Source: Octopus bimaculoides
Taxonomy: Eukaryota
Assembly (NCBI RefSeq): GCF_001194135.2
Contig: NC_068996.1
Coordinates: forward strand, 18,490,659 to 18,526,177
Length of the DNA: 35,519 bases
Reading direction: 5' to 3'
Made by a program: the position numbers and the translations under genes. Below the pieces are notes generated by a model that saw only the letters and a list, made by a program, of their open reading frames with translations, did not search any database and was not told the DNA's origin. Shown here piece after piece: positions 34,801 to 35,519 of this stretch (positions within the stretch are counted from its first letter, which is position 1; every line of letters begins with the position of its first letter).

Positions 34801-35400
34801 CCCACCTTCTCCCTTCAATGATATCCCCTCCATCCTCACCCAATACATCCCACTCTCACTCACCCATCCCTAACCTACATTCTCATCCTACCCCTACATC
34901 CTTATCCCAATCCCACAACCCAACCTCACATCCCCTCACCCCAACACCGCCATACCACACACCACCACATCACAGCACCCCACACCACTTCGCACTGACC
35001 ACTTGATAGCATCTACATAGTCATCCACACACCCACACATTACAGTCGCGTACACGTACACACCCACATGTCAAAGTTACCAGTCCCTATCCACACGCAC
35101 ACTCTTACACACTCTCACATATACACACGTGCACCTTCCTTTTAAGATCACCAGTACTTCATTATCTCCCCTTCTTTCTAGGTCCCCTGTGTAACTACCT
35201 TTCTCCAACCAGTCGCGATGATTGACCGCTAACTCTACATGTTTTTTATTCTCTCTCTCTCTCTGTTGAATTCCTCGTGTTCCTTTCTGTTGAAGAGCAC
35301 AGGCTCGAAACATAGAATACTTCCTCACCTTCTTGAGTGTCAAACTAATACACCTGCTTGTTGTTTATACACCCGTCCTCGTCTTTTGTTTTTCTGTATG
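34801..35400 (+). mobile_element. PLE 3' UTR / pseudo-LTR
   Basis: C/A-rich UTR, then a block homologous to 9836-9995 containing a hammerhead-like motif. Confidence 0.6.
35283..35318 (+). ncRNA. Degenerate minimal hammerhead
   Basis: CTTT-CTGTTGA-A-GAGC(ACAG)GCTC-GAAA-CAT-A-GAA: stem II intact, core A6 and stem III mutated. Confidence 0.6.
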
Positions 35401-35420
35401 TATATATATATGTGTATACA

Positions 35421-35470
<50 letters not shown>

Positions 35471-35519
35471 TTTACATATATACATATGTATACATGTATA
35501 AGTGTCTGTATATATATAT
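35395..35519. repeat. TA/TATG microsatellite
   Basis: Direct observation. Confidence 0.9.

Noticed and set aside
33475-34821. 448-aa ORF as an intact gene
   Set aside because: It is a chimera of SINE, microsatellite, gap and PLE RT; the PLE frame shifts out and the GIY-YIG frame has a stop.

Overview
Eukaryotic, AT-rich, repeat-saturated draft sequence with seven N-gaps. The SINE and microsatellite make-up resembles octopus/cephalopod DNA; this is my recollection of the families, not a database result. I cannot support any intact host protein-coding gene. Most long ORFs in the track are artefacts of microsatellites or N-runs. The window is a layered transposon graveyard: a near-complete decayed D34D mariner plus two other mariner fragments; three Penelope-like (PLE) remnants (RT and/or GIY-YIG); a Gypsy integrase GPY/F fragment; RTE-type LINE pieces; RLE-endonuclease non-LTR pieces (R4/Dong-like, CRE/NeSL-like); a hAT MITE with a perfect 8-bp TSD; Helitron-like non-autonomous pieces; and about 25 tRNA-derived SINE copies or fragments, mostly from two families. 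The most interesting signals are non-coding. (1) Several minimal hammerhead-ribozyme-like motifs occur; the best preserved (18375-18419) lies downstream of a tRNA-like Pol III head and an (AAT)n tract at the 3' end of a PLE. (2) One SINE family sits inside trinucleotide tracts at both ends and builds head-to-tail arrays. (3) There is a ~195-bp loop-less palindrome. (4) There is a cluster of strong spliceosomal signals around a 49-nt exon-like segment.
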